A DNA stretch of 64,000 nucleotides from Macrostomum lignano (taxonomy: Eukaryota). Under the pieces are notes generated by a model. That model saw only the letters and a program-made list of their open reading frames with translations. It did no database searches and was not told the origin of the DNA. The DNA lies in contig NIVC01003276.1 of NCBI GenBank assembly GCA_002269645.1, forward strand, positions 1 through 64,000. Direction: 5' to 3'. Of this stretch, positions 23,884 through 36,144 are shown piece by piece (within the stretch, counting starts at the first letter, position 1; each line of letters starts with the position of its first letter). The translations under genes and the position numbers were made by a program.

Positions 23884-26530
23884 ATGTCATTCTCCCCAGG
23901 CCAACAGCCGGCAGCTGGCGGCGGTTTGCCCGGCGCCGCGGCCTCTAATCCGCCTCCGCCGCCAACTGAAGGCCTGCGCTGCTCCATGCCGGGCGCCGAG
24001 GCCTGGCTCGGCAGTCGCCGCCTGGGCACCGGCTGCCTGTACGTGGCCGAGTCCCGCCTAGCCTGGTTTGGCGACGGTGCAGCTCAGAGTGTCGGTTTCT
24101 CGCTTAATTATCCGGCTATTGGTCTGCACGGCCTGGCCAAATCTGGCGGCGCGGATGCCCGGTCGCACCTGTACCTGCTGGTGCGCGGAGATCTGCTCGG
24201 CGAGGCCGGCCAGAGCAGCAACGGTGCGGACGGCGAGGAAGATGGCGACGGCGACGATTGCGGCGACTTTCAAGACGACAACGAAGATTCCGAGACGAAT
24301 ACGGAGGTTAGATTTTATGCGCCAGCAGACGCACCTGGCGACGCACTGATGACAGTGTTTCAGGTGATTGCGGTTGATTGCGACACTGTTTTGGTTAGGG
24401 GTTGGACAAGATCTTGATCGTCAACAATAATAATAATATAATGATTGATTTCACCTGCCCCAATTGGGCCAGATGTGCAACCGACAGCTCAGCCGCAGCT
24501 ATTGCGCGGCGCATCTGAAGGCTGTGTACTAGTACGGCTGTTCAGTCCAAGAACTGGGGGCCCGTGGGGGGTCGCCACACACAGCCTCAATTACCCCAGC
24601 TAATGCTGGCACCCATCTTACAGCTGGGTGAACTGAAGCAATGCAGGGTTGAGTGTCTTAAGCGTCTTGCTCAAGGACACAAATTGAGCCAGTGGGATCG
24701 GGAAGTGAGATCTCGAAAAAAGTCAAGATTTGCGATTACACTACTATTAGTGACTATGATATTATGCAGTTATGGTGATCTTCCAGCTTGTTTTCTGATA
24801 TTATTTTCAAGTTTAAATCGGTGCTACAACATAGTGCCATGGCCCATGGTAGAAAATAATGTATGTGGCCAAACTGGATGGAAAGTGGTATCAGAAAATG
24901 CTCTGGCCTCTAGCTCTTTTCTACTGCTCTATCTATCACTCTATCTACTGCTCTATCTATCACTCTATCTACTGCTCTATCTATCACTCTATCTACTGCT
25001 CTATCTATCACTCAATCTACTGCTTCATCTATTGCTACTTTTACTGCCCTATCCAGGGGCGTCGCCATGGATTTTATGTTGGGGTGGACAAAGCCAAGAA
25101 TTCAACATGTACATGTACATGACTAAGTTTTGGCACTCATTTTAGCGCCGCAGGCACTCATATTAGCACCACAGGCACTCATTTTAACTCCGCAGGCATT
25201 CCTTTTAGCGCCACAGGCTCTCATTTTAGCACCACAGGCACTCATTTTAGCTCTGCAGGCATTCCTTTTAGCGCCACAGGCACTCATTTTAGCTCTGCAG
25301 GCACTCATTTTAGCTCTGCAGGCACTCATTTTAGCTCTGCAGGCATTCCTTTTAGCGCCGCAGGCACTCATTTTAGCGCACCGCAGGCACTCATTTTAGC
25401 GCCACAGGATCTCATTTAGCGCCGCAGGCACTCATTTTGGCGCCGCAGGCACTCATTTTAGCTCTGCAGGCACTCATTTTGGCGCCGCAGGCACTCATTT
25501 TAGCTCTGCAGGCACTCATTTTGGCGCCGCAGGCACTCATTTTAGCTCTGCAGGCACTCATTTTGGCGCCGCAGGCACTCATTTTAGCTCTGCAGGCACT
25601 CATTTTGGCGCCACAGGCACTCATTTTAGCTCTGCAGGCACTCATTTTAGCACCAGAGGCACTCATTTTAGCGCCACAGGCACTCATTTTAGCTCTGCAG
25701 GCACTCATTTTAGCACCGCAGGCATCTATTGCTTTATCTACCACTTTAGCTACTGCTCGATTTACTTATCTATAAACTGCTCTATCTAGTGCTCAGAGGC
25801 ACTATGTTGTAGTACAGATTCAAACTTGAAAATAATATCGAAAAACAGACAGGAAGCTTGCCAATGTTTTTAAATATCATACTTACATTTGAAATATATC
25901 AAGTAATTACCAAGCTCAATATTAAATAATCATTGCTTTTATTTCTATTATCATCACTGTATACATTTAGCAAGTTACAATATTAACTTTGATCGATAGA
26001 ATAGTGTAAATAGGCCTACAGATACAAATTAGGCTTAATTTCGAATCTCGATCGAATCTTGATTATCTGGAAAGTATAGATCTTGAGTCTCAAAAATCTC
26101 ATAAATTAGATATCGTTCCACCCCTAGTTTTGGTCCCAGATTTACCTAAGTATGCTGGTTTACCTCTTCATATTTACGGTTTTGCTCCTTAATTGGCCCG
26201 TTGAAAACGATTCCGAGACAAGAATCGCTAAAAAAGTTGTCGCCAACAACTCTCTACTGACTATGGCGACTCTTAAGGTGCTTCACCAGTCGCGCTTTTG
26301 CCTCTCCTGGCTTATTCCAGGCCGTGTCCGACTGTCAAGCGTTGCACCCGGACGCGGAGGACACGGACTCCAATGAAGAGGACGACGAGGAAGCCGATGA
26401 TGATGTTGACGACGGCAACGGCGACGGCTTCGACTATGGCGACGAAAACGGAGCCTCCGTAGGATTTCCTACTACTGGTAGCGGCGATCAGCAGCCTATG
26501 GACACTGATGAGCAGTTTGAGGATGCCTGA
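23884..26530 (+). CDS. CLNS1A: Methylosome subunit pICln; exons 23884-24363 and 26321-26530 (229 aa)
   Basis: LGTGCLYVAESRLAW...GFSLNYPAIGLHG PH-like core, acidic loop, EVRF, then AVSDCQALHPD and an acidic tail. Phase-0 intron CAG|gtgatt ... ttccag|GCC. Confidence 0.93.
24440..24730 (+). mobile_element. CORE-type SINE remnant in the pICln intron
   Basis: 24615-24681 atcttacagctgggtgaactgaagcaatgcagggttgagtgtctt..gctcaaggacaca resembles the MIR CORE consensus as I recall it; outer limits approximate. Confidence 0.55.
24797..25839. mobile_element. MITE-like element with 42-bp TIRs carrying 24-bp and 21-bp tandem arrays
   Basis: 24797-24838 is the reverse complement of 25798-25839 with 3 mismatches. 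Internal arrays ctactgctctatctatcactctat (about 24905-25030) and gcaggcactcattttagcgcc (about 25130-25720). Confidence 0.7.
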
Positions 26531-26644
26531 CTCAACCTTATCAATTAGTTTATTTTGCTTTTTTGGTTATTTTTTGTTTTTTATTTGTTCAATTTGCTGT
26601 CGGTTTGTCCCGTTTTGCTGATTTGAGATTGAGGGGGTAAGAGA

Positions 26645-28865
26645 TGCAGATTCTCAAGCACTGATGGGGAGCGGAGATGCAGATTCTCAAGCACTGATGG
26701 GGAGCGGAGAGGCAGATTCTCAAGCACTGATGGGGAGCGGAGAGGCAGATTCTCAAGCACTGATGGAGAGCGGAGAGGCAGATTCTCAAGCACTGATGGG
26801 GGAGCGAAGAGGCAGATTCTTAAGCACTGATGGGGAGCGGAGAGGCAGATTCTCAAGCACTGATGGGAAGCGGAGAGGCAGATTCTCAAGCACTGATGGG
26901 AGCGGAGAGGCAGATTCTCAAGCACTGATGGGGAGCGGAGAGGCAGATTCTTAAGCACTGACGGGGAGCGGAGAGGCAGATTCTCAAGCACTGATGGGGA
27001 GCGGAGAGGCAGATTCTCAAGCACTGATGGAGAGCGGAGAGGCAGATTCTCAAGCACTGATGGGGAGCGGAGAGGCAGATTCTCAAGCACTGATGGGGAG
27101 CGGAGAGGCAGATTCTCAAGCACTGATGGGGAGCGGAGAGGCAGATTCTCAAGCACTGATGGGGAGCGGAGAGGCAGATTCTCAAGCACTTGGGGAGAGC
27201 GGAGAGGCAGATTCTCAAGCACTGATGGGGAGCGGAGAGGCAGATTCTCAAGCACTGATGGGGGAGCGAAGAGGCAGATTCTCAAGCACTGATGGGGAGC
27301 GGAGAGGCAGATTCTCAAGCACTGATGGAGAGCGGAGAGGCAGATTCTCAAGCACTGATGGAGAGCGGAGAGGCAGATTCTCAAGCACTGATGGGGAGCG
27401 GAGAGGCAGATTCTCAAGCACTGATGGGGGAGCGAAGAGGCAGATTCTCAAGCACTGATGGAGAGCGGAGAGGCAGATTCTCAAGCACTGATGGGGAGCG
27501 GAGAGGCAGATTCTCAAGCACTGATGGGGAGCGGAGAGGCAGATTCTCAAGCACTGATGGGGAGATTCTCAAGCACTGATGGGGAGCGGAGAGGCAGATT
27601 CTCAAGCACTGATGGAGAGCGGAGAGGCAGATTTTCAAGCACTGATGGAGAGCGGAGAGGCAGATTCTCAAGCACTGATGGGGAGCGGAGAGGCAGATTC
27701 TCAAGCACTGATGGGGGAGCGAAGAGGCAGATTCTCAAGCACTGATGGAGAGCGGAGAGGCAGATTCTCAAGCACTGATGGGGAGCGGAGAGGCAGATTC
27801 TCAAGCACTGATGGGGGAGCGAAGAGGCAGATTCTCAAGCACTGATGGAGAGCGGAGAGGCAGATTCTCAAGCACTGATGGGGAGCGGAGAGGCAGATTC
27901 TCAAGCACTGATGGGGAGATTCTCAAGCACTGATGGGGAGCGGAGAGGCAGATTCTCAAGCACTGATGGGGAGATTCTCAAGCACTGATGGAGAGCGAAA
28001 AGGCAGATTCTCAAGCACTGATGGAGAGCGAAAAGGCAGATTCTCAAGCACTGATGGAGAGCGAAAAGGCAGATTCTCAAGCACTGATGGAGAGCGAAAA
28101 GGCAGATTCTGAAGCACTGATGGGAGCGGAGAGGCAGATTCTCAAGCACTGATGGAGAGCGGAGAGGCAGATTCTCAAGCACTGATGGAGAGCGGAGAGG
28201 CAGATTCTCAAGCACTTGGGGAGAGCGGAGAGGCAGATTCTCAAGCACTGATGGGGAGCGGAGAGGCAGATTCTCAAGCACTGATGGGGGAGCGAAGAGG
28301 CAGATTCTTAAGCACTGATGGGGAGCGGAGAGGCAGATTCTCAAGCACTGATGGGGAGCGGAGAGGCAGATTCTCAAGCACTGATGGGGGAGCGAAGAGG
28401 CAGATTCTCAAGCACTGATGGAGAGCGGAGAGGCAGATTCTCAAGCACTGATGGAGAGCGGAGAGGCAGATTCTCAAGCACTGATGGGGAGCGGAGAGGC
28501 AGATTCTCAAGCACTGATGGAGAGCGGAGAGGCAGATTCTCAAGCACTGATGGGGAGCGGAGAGGCAGATTCTCAAGCACTGATGGGGAGCGGAGAGGCA
28601 GATTCTCAAGCACTGATGGGGAGCGGAGAGGCAGATTCTCAAACACTGAGGGAGAGCGGAGAGGCAGATTCTCAAGCACTGATGGGGAGCGGAGAGGCAG
28701 ATTCTCAAGCACTGATGGGGAGCGGAGAGGCAGATTCTCAAGCACTGATGGAGAGCGGAGAGGCAGATTCTCAAGCACTGAGGGGGAGCGGAGAGGCAGA
28801 TTCTCAAGCACTGATAGAGAGCGGAGAGGCAGATTCTCAAGCACTGATAGAGAGCGGAGAGGCAA
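26645..28865. repeat. 33-bp satellite (about 2.2 kb)
   Basis: Unit gcagattctcaagcactgatggggagcggagag; source of many spurious repetitive ORFs. Confidence 0.97.
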
Positions 28866-29517
28866 ATCCAATGCTTAGCTAGCAGGGTTGTGAAAGGTTA
28901 CCTTAATCGGCAAACAGGTACCAATCTGTTAATGTCATCTGTTGAGTCGATCGTGTAAGAGTCACCAAACTCAGTTTGCAATGCTGAAGCCTCATTGGCG
29001 TCAATTATTATGTATTACCTGGTGAATTAAATTAATACTATATTGCTTAAACACTGCGCCGGGTCTGTTCAGACTTATAGTTAGCTAAGATTGCCGCGTT
29101 GCTGCATTTATCAACTTTATTTCTAATAATTAATCAGTAAACATTTGTCACTTCTGCAACTCATTTTTGCAGAACTTTATTGACAGAAAATTCTGTGTGC
29201 TTGCAGCGGTTTTCGAGTTCTTTGCTGCATCTGTATTTGTAAGGGATTAGGACAACTGGCAGCACAGTATAGTGGGATTAAAAAGTGAAAAATCAAAATC
29301 TACATTTCCGATGTAGATTTTCTTTTTTATCATTGCATTTAGTAGTGGGCTAGTCAAAGTAATGTATTACTTGTAGTACTATGTTATAAAAGTGAATGCA
29401 TGTACGCGTATCTATAAATAGTATTTTGTATGGGCAAACTTTAATTGAGCGGAGCTCTTTTGCTGCGTAAAATCCGCCTCTTTAACAGACCGCTATTGCC
29501 TTACTAATTAACTATAA

Positions 29518-32500
29518 ACTACCCGCCCACTCTAGACACTATCCGCCCACTCTAGGCTCTACCCGCCCACTCTAGGCACTACCCGCCCACTCTAGACACT
29601 ATCCGCCCACTCTAGGCTCTACCCGCCCACTCTAGGCACTACCCGCCCTCTCTAGACACTATCCGCCCACTCTAGACACTATCCGCCCACTCTAGACACT
29701 ATCCGCCCACTCTAGGCTCTACCCGCCCACTCTAGACACTATCCGCCCACTCTAGGCTCTACCCGCCCACTCTAGACACTATCCACCCACTCTAGGCACT
29801 ACCCGCCCTCTCTAGACACTATCCGCCCACTCTAGACAATATCCGCCCACTCTAGGCACTACCCGCCCTCTCTAGACACTCCACCCACTCTAGGCACTAC
29901 CCGCCCTCTCTAGACACTATCCGCCCACTCTAGACAATATCCGCCCACTCTAGGCACTACCCGCCCTCTCTAGACACTCCACCCACTCTAGGCACTACCC
30001 GCCCTCTCTAGACACTATCCGCCCACTCTAGACACTATCCGCCCACTCTAGGCACTACCCGCCCTCTCTAGACACTACCCGCCCACTCTAGACACTATCC
30101 GCCCACTCTAGGCTCTACCCACCCTCTCTAGACACTACCCGCCCACTCTAGACACTATCCGCCCACTCTAGACACTATCCGCCCACTAAAGGCACTACCC
30201 GCACACTAGGCACTACCCGCCCACTCTAGACACTACCCGCCCTCTCTAGGCACTACCCGCCCTCTCTAGGCACTACCCGCCCACTCTAGGCACTACCCGC
30301 CCTCTCTAGACACTACCCGCCCACTCTAGACACTATCCGCCCACTCTAGGCTCTACCCACCCTCTCTAGACACTACCCGCCCACTCTAGACACTATCCGC
30401 CCTCTCTAGACACTATCTGCCCACTCTAGATACTACCCGCCCTCTCTAGACACTACCCGCGCACTCTAGGCACTACCCGCCCACTCTAGACACTATCCGC
30501 CCACTAAAGGCACTACCCGCACACTAGGCACTACCCGCCCACTCTAGACACTACCCGCCCTCTCTAGGCACTACCCGCCCTCTCTAGGCACTACCCGCGC
30601 ACTCTAGACACTTTCCGCCCTCTCTAGCACTACCCGCACACTCTAGACACTACCCGCCCTCTCTAGACACTACCCGCCCTCTGTAGACACTACCCGCCCT
30701 CTCTAGACACTACCCGCCCTCTGTAGACACTACCCGCCCTCTGTAGACACTACCCGCCCACTCTAGACACTACCCGCCCACTCTAGACACTATCCGCCCA
30801 CTAAAGGCACTACCCGCCCTCTCTAGACACTCCACCCACTCTAGGCACTACCTGCCCTCTCTAGACACTATCCGCCCACTCTAGACACTATCCGCCCACT
30901 CTAGGCACTACCCGCCCTCTCTAGACACTACCCGCCCACTCTAGACACTATCCGCCCACTCTAGGCTCTACCCACCCTCTCTAGACACTACCCGCCCACT
31001 CTAGACACTATCCGCCCTCTCTAGACACTATCTGCCCACTCTAGATACTACCCGCCCTCTCTAGACACTACCCGCGCACTCTAGACACTACCCGCGCACT
31101 CTAGGCACTACCCGCCCACTCTAGACACTATCCGCCCACTAAAGGCACTACCCGCACACTAGGCACTACCCGCCCACTCTAGACACTACCCGCCCTCTCT
31201 AGGCACTACCCGCCCTCTCTAGGCACTACCGCGCACTCTAGACACTTTCCGCCCTCTCTAGGCACTACCCGCACACTCTAGACACTACCCGCCCTCTCTA
31301 GACACTACCCGCCCTCTGTAGACACTATCCGCCCACTCTAGACACTATCCGCCCACTCTAGGCACTACCCGCCCTCTCTAGACACTATCCACCCACTCTA
31401 GGCACTACCCGCCCTCTCTAGACACTATCCGCCCACTCTAGACACTATCCGCCCACTCTAGGCACTACCCGCCCTCTCTAGACACTACCCGCCCACTCTA
31501 GACACTATCCGCCCACTCTAGGCTCTACCCACCCTCTCTAGACACTACCCGCCCACTCTAGACACTATCCGCCCTCTCTAGACACTATCTGCCCACTCTA
31601 GATACTACCCGCCCTCTCTAGACACTACCGCGCACTCTAGGCACTACCCGCCCACTCTAGACACTATCCGCCCACTAAAGCACTACCCGCACACTAGGCA
31701 CTACCCGCCCACTCTAGACACTACCCGCCCTCTCTAGGCACTACCCGCCCTCTCTAGGCACTACCCGCGCACTCTAGACACTTTCCGCCCTCTCTAGGCA
31801 CTACCCGCACACTCTAGACACTACCCGCCCTCTCTAGACACTACCCGCCCTCTGTAGACACTACCCGCCCTCTCTAGACACTACCCGCCCTCTGTAGACA
31901 CTACCCGCCCTCTCTAGACACTACCCGCCCACTCTAGACACTACCCGCCCACTCTAGACACTATCCGCCCACTAAAGGCACTACCCGCCCTCTCTAGGCA
32001 CTACCCGCGCACTCTAGACACTTTCCGCCCTCTCTAGGCACTACACGCACACTCTAGACACTACCCGCCCTCTCTAGACACTACCCGCCCTCTGTAGACA
32101 CTACCCGCCCTCTCTAGACACTACCCGCCCTCTGTAGACACTACCCGCCCACTCTAGACACTACCCGCCCACTCTAGACACTATCCGCCCACTAAAGGCA
32201 CTACCCGCCCTCTCTAGACACTATCCGCCCACTCTAGACACTATCCGCCCTCTCTAGACACTATCCGCCCTCTCTAGACACTACCCGCCCTCTGTAGACA
32301 CTACCCGCCCTCTCTAGACACTACCCGCCCACTCTAGACACTACCCGCGCACTCTAGGCACTACCCGCCCTCTCTAGACACTATCCGCCCATCTAGACAC
32401 TATCCGCCCTCTCTAGACACTATCCGCCCACTCTAGACACTATCCGCCCACTCTAGACACTATCCGCCCACTCTAGACACTATCCGCCCACTAAAGGCAC

Positions 32501-35500
32501 TACCCGCCCACTCTAGACACTATCCGCCCACTAAAGGCACTACCCGCCCTCTCTAGACACTATCCGCCCTCTCTAGACACTATCCGCCCTCTCTAGACAC
32601 TACCCGCCCTCTGTAGACACTACCCGCCCTCTCTAGACACTACCCGCCCACTCTAGACACTACCCGCCCACTCTAGGCACTACCCGCCCTCTCTAGACAC
32701 TATCCGCCCTCTCTAGACACTATCCGCCCACTCTAGACACTATCCGCCCACTCTAGACACTATCCGCCCACTAAAGGCACTACCCGCCCTCTCTAGACAC
32801 TATCCGCCCACTCTAGACACTATCCGCCCTCTCTAGACACTATCCGCCCTCTCTAGACACTACCCGCCCTCTGTAGACACTACCCGCCCTCTCTAGACAC
32901 TATCCGCCCACTCTAGACACTATCCGCCCTCTCTAGACACTACCCGCCCTCTCTAGACTCTACCCGCCCTCTGTAGACACTACCCGCCCTCTCTAGACAC
33001 TACCCGCCCACTCTAGACACTACCCGCCCACTCTAGGCACTACCCGCCCTCTCTAGACACTATCCGCCCTCTGTAGACACTATCCGCCCTCTCTAGACAC
33101 TACCCGCCCACTCTAGACACTACCCGCCCTCTCTAGACACTATCCGCCCACTCTAGACACTATCCGCCCACTCTAGACACTATCCGCCCACTCTAGACAC
33201 TATCCGCCCACTAAAGGCACTACCCGCCCTCTCTAGACACTATCCGCCCACTCTAGACACTATCCGCCCTCTCTAGACACTACCCGCCCTCTGTAGACAC
33301 TACCCGCCCTCTCTAGACACTACCCGCCCACTCTAGACACTACCCGCCCACTCTAGACACTACCCGCCCACTCTAGGCACTACCCGCCCTCTCTAGACAC
33401 TATCCGCCCTCTCTAGACACTACCCGCCCTCTCTAGACACTACCCGCCCACTCTAGGCACTACCCGCCCTCTGTAGACACTACCCACCCTCTCTAGACAC
33501 TACCCGCCCACTCTAGACACTATCCGCCCACTCTAGGCTCTACCCACCCTCTCTAGACACTACCCGCCCACTCTAGACACTATCCGCCCTCTCTAGACAC
33601 TATCTGCCCACTCTAGATACTACTAGCCCTCTCTAGACACTACCCGCGCACTCTAGGCACTACCCGCGCACTCTAGACACTATCCGCCCACTAAAGGCAC
33701 TACCCGCACACTAGGCACTACCCGCCCACTCTAGACACTACCCGCCCTCTCTAGGCACTACCCGCCCTCTCTAGGCACTACCGCGCACTCTAGACACTTT
33801 CCGCCCTCTCTAGGCACTACCCGCACACTCTAGACACTACCCGCCCTCTCTAGACACTACCCGCCCTCTGTAGACACTACCCGCCCTCTCTAGACACTAC
33901 CCGCCCTCTGTAGACACTACCCGCCCTCTGTAGACACTACCCGCCCACTCTAGACACTACCCGCCCACTCTAGACACTATCCGCCCACTAAAGGCACTAC
34001 CCGCCCTCTCTAGACACTATCCGCCCACTCTAGACACTATCCGCCCTCTCTAGACACTATCCGCCCTCTCTAGACACTACCCGCCCTCTGTAGACACTAC
34101 CCGCCCTCTCTAGACACTACCCGCCCACTCTAGACACTACCCGCGCACTCTAGGCACTACCCGCCCTCTCTAGACACTATCCGCCCATCTAGACACTATC
34201 CGCCCTCTCTAGACACTATCCGCCCACTCTAGACACTATCCGCCCACTCTAGACACTATCCGCCCACTCTAGACACTATCCGCCCACTAAAGGCACTACC
34301 CGCCCACTCTAGACACTATCCGCCCACTAAAGGCACTACCCGCCCTCTCTAGACACTATCCGCCCTCTCTAGACACTATCCGCCCACTAAAGGCACTACC
34401 CGCCCTCTCTAGACACTATCCGCCCTCTCTAGACACTACCCGCCCACTCTAGACACTACCCGCCCACTCTAGGCACTACCCGCCCTCTCTAGACACTATC
34501 CGCCCTCTCTAGACACTATCCGCCCACTCTAGACACTATCCGCCCACTCTAGACACTATCCGCCCACTAAAGGCACTACCCGCCCTCTCTAGACACTATC
34601 CGCCCTCTCTAGACACTATCCGCCCTCTCTAGACACTATCCGCCCTCTCTAGACACTACCCGCCCTCTGTAGACACTACCCGCCCTCTCTAGACACTATC
34701 CGCCCACTCTAGACACTATCCGCCCTCTCTAGACACTATCCGCCCTCTCTAGACTCTACCCGCCCTCTGTAGACACTACCCGCCCTCTCTAGACACTACC
34801 CGCCCACTCTAGACACTACCCGCCCACTCTAGGCACTACCCGCCCTCTCTAGACACTATCCGCCCTCTGTAGACACTATCCGCCCTCTCTAGACACTATC
34901 GCCCACTCTAGACACTACCCGCCCACTCTAGGCACTACCCACCCTCTCTAGACACTATCCGCCCTCTCTAGACACTATCCGCCCACTCTAGACACTATCC
35001 GCCCACTCTAGACACTATCCGCCCACTCTAGACACTATCCGCCCACTAAAGGCACTACCCGCCCTCTCTAGACACTATCCGCCCACTCTAGACACTATCC
35101 GCCCTCTCTAGACACTACCCGCCCTCTCTAGACACTATCCGCCCACTCTAGACACTATCCGCCCACTCTAGACACTATCCGCCCACTAAAGGCACTACCC
35201 GCCCTCTCTAGACACTATCCGCCCTCTCAAGACACTATCCGCCCTCTCTAGACACTATCCGCCCTCTCTAGACACTACCCGCCCTCTGTAGACACTACCC
35301 GCCCTCTCTAGACACTATCCGCCCACTCTAGACACTATCCGCCCTCTCTAGACACTATCCGCCCTCTCTAGACTCTACCCGCCCTCTGTAGACACTACCC
35401 GCCCTCTCTAGACACTACCCGCCCACTCTAGACACTACCCGCCCACTCTAGGCACTACCCGCCCTCTCTAGACACTATCCGCCCTCTGTAGACACTATCC

Positions 35501-35893
35501 GCCCTCTCTAGACACTACCCGCCCACTCTAGACACTACCCGCCCACTCTAGGCACTACCCACCCTCTCTAGACACTATCCGCCCTCTCTAGACACTATCC
35601 GCCCACTCTAGACACTATCCGCCCACTCTAGACACTATCCGCCCACTCTAGACACTATCCGCCCACTAAAGGCACTACCCGCCCTCTCTAGACACTATCC
35701 GCCCACTCTAGACACTATCCGCCCTCTCTAGACACTACCCGCCCTCTCTAGACACTACCCGCCCACTCTAGGCACTACCCGCCCTCTGTAGACACTACCC
35801 GCCCTCTCTAGACACTACCCGCCCACTCTAGGCACTACCCGCCCTCTGTAGACACTACCCGCCCACTCTAGGCACTACCCGCCCTCTCTAGAC
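29518..35893. repeat. 20-bp satellite (about 6.4 kb) with higher-order blocks
   Basis: Unit ctagacacta(c/t)ccgccc(a/t)ct; rare variants recur in a conserved order. Confidence 0.98.
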
Positions 35894-36144
35894 TGTTCCT
35901 ACTTTGTGTAGACGCAATTTGCTTTAGCTTTCAAAATTTTCCCTAAAATCTGCAAGTTCGATTCTTATACAGGCCCCGTCACGACCATCTAAAGTACATG
36001 CATGAAGCTATTGAGGGATGCAGAGGCCAGAGGGTCTGTAAAATGCAGTCGGATGTCATTGGAGAATTAAGATTCAGAAACATCCCTCTCTTCATCCAAC
36101 CTCTTGTAACCAACCCGAAGCTGCTACATCAGTCTCTCTAGTCT

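Noticed and set aside
26581-28882. Many long repetitive ORFs on both strands (RICLSAPHQCL, MGSGEADSQAL)
   Set aside because: Translations of the 33-bp satellite; frames switch with unit indels.
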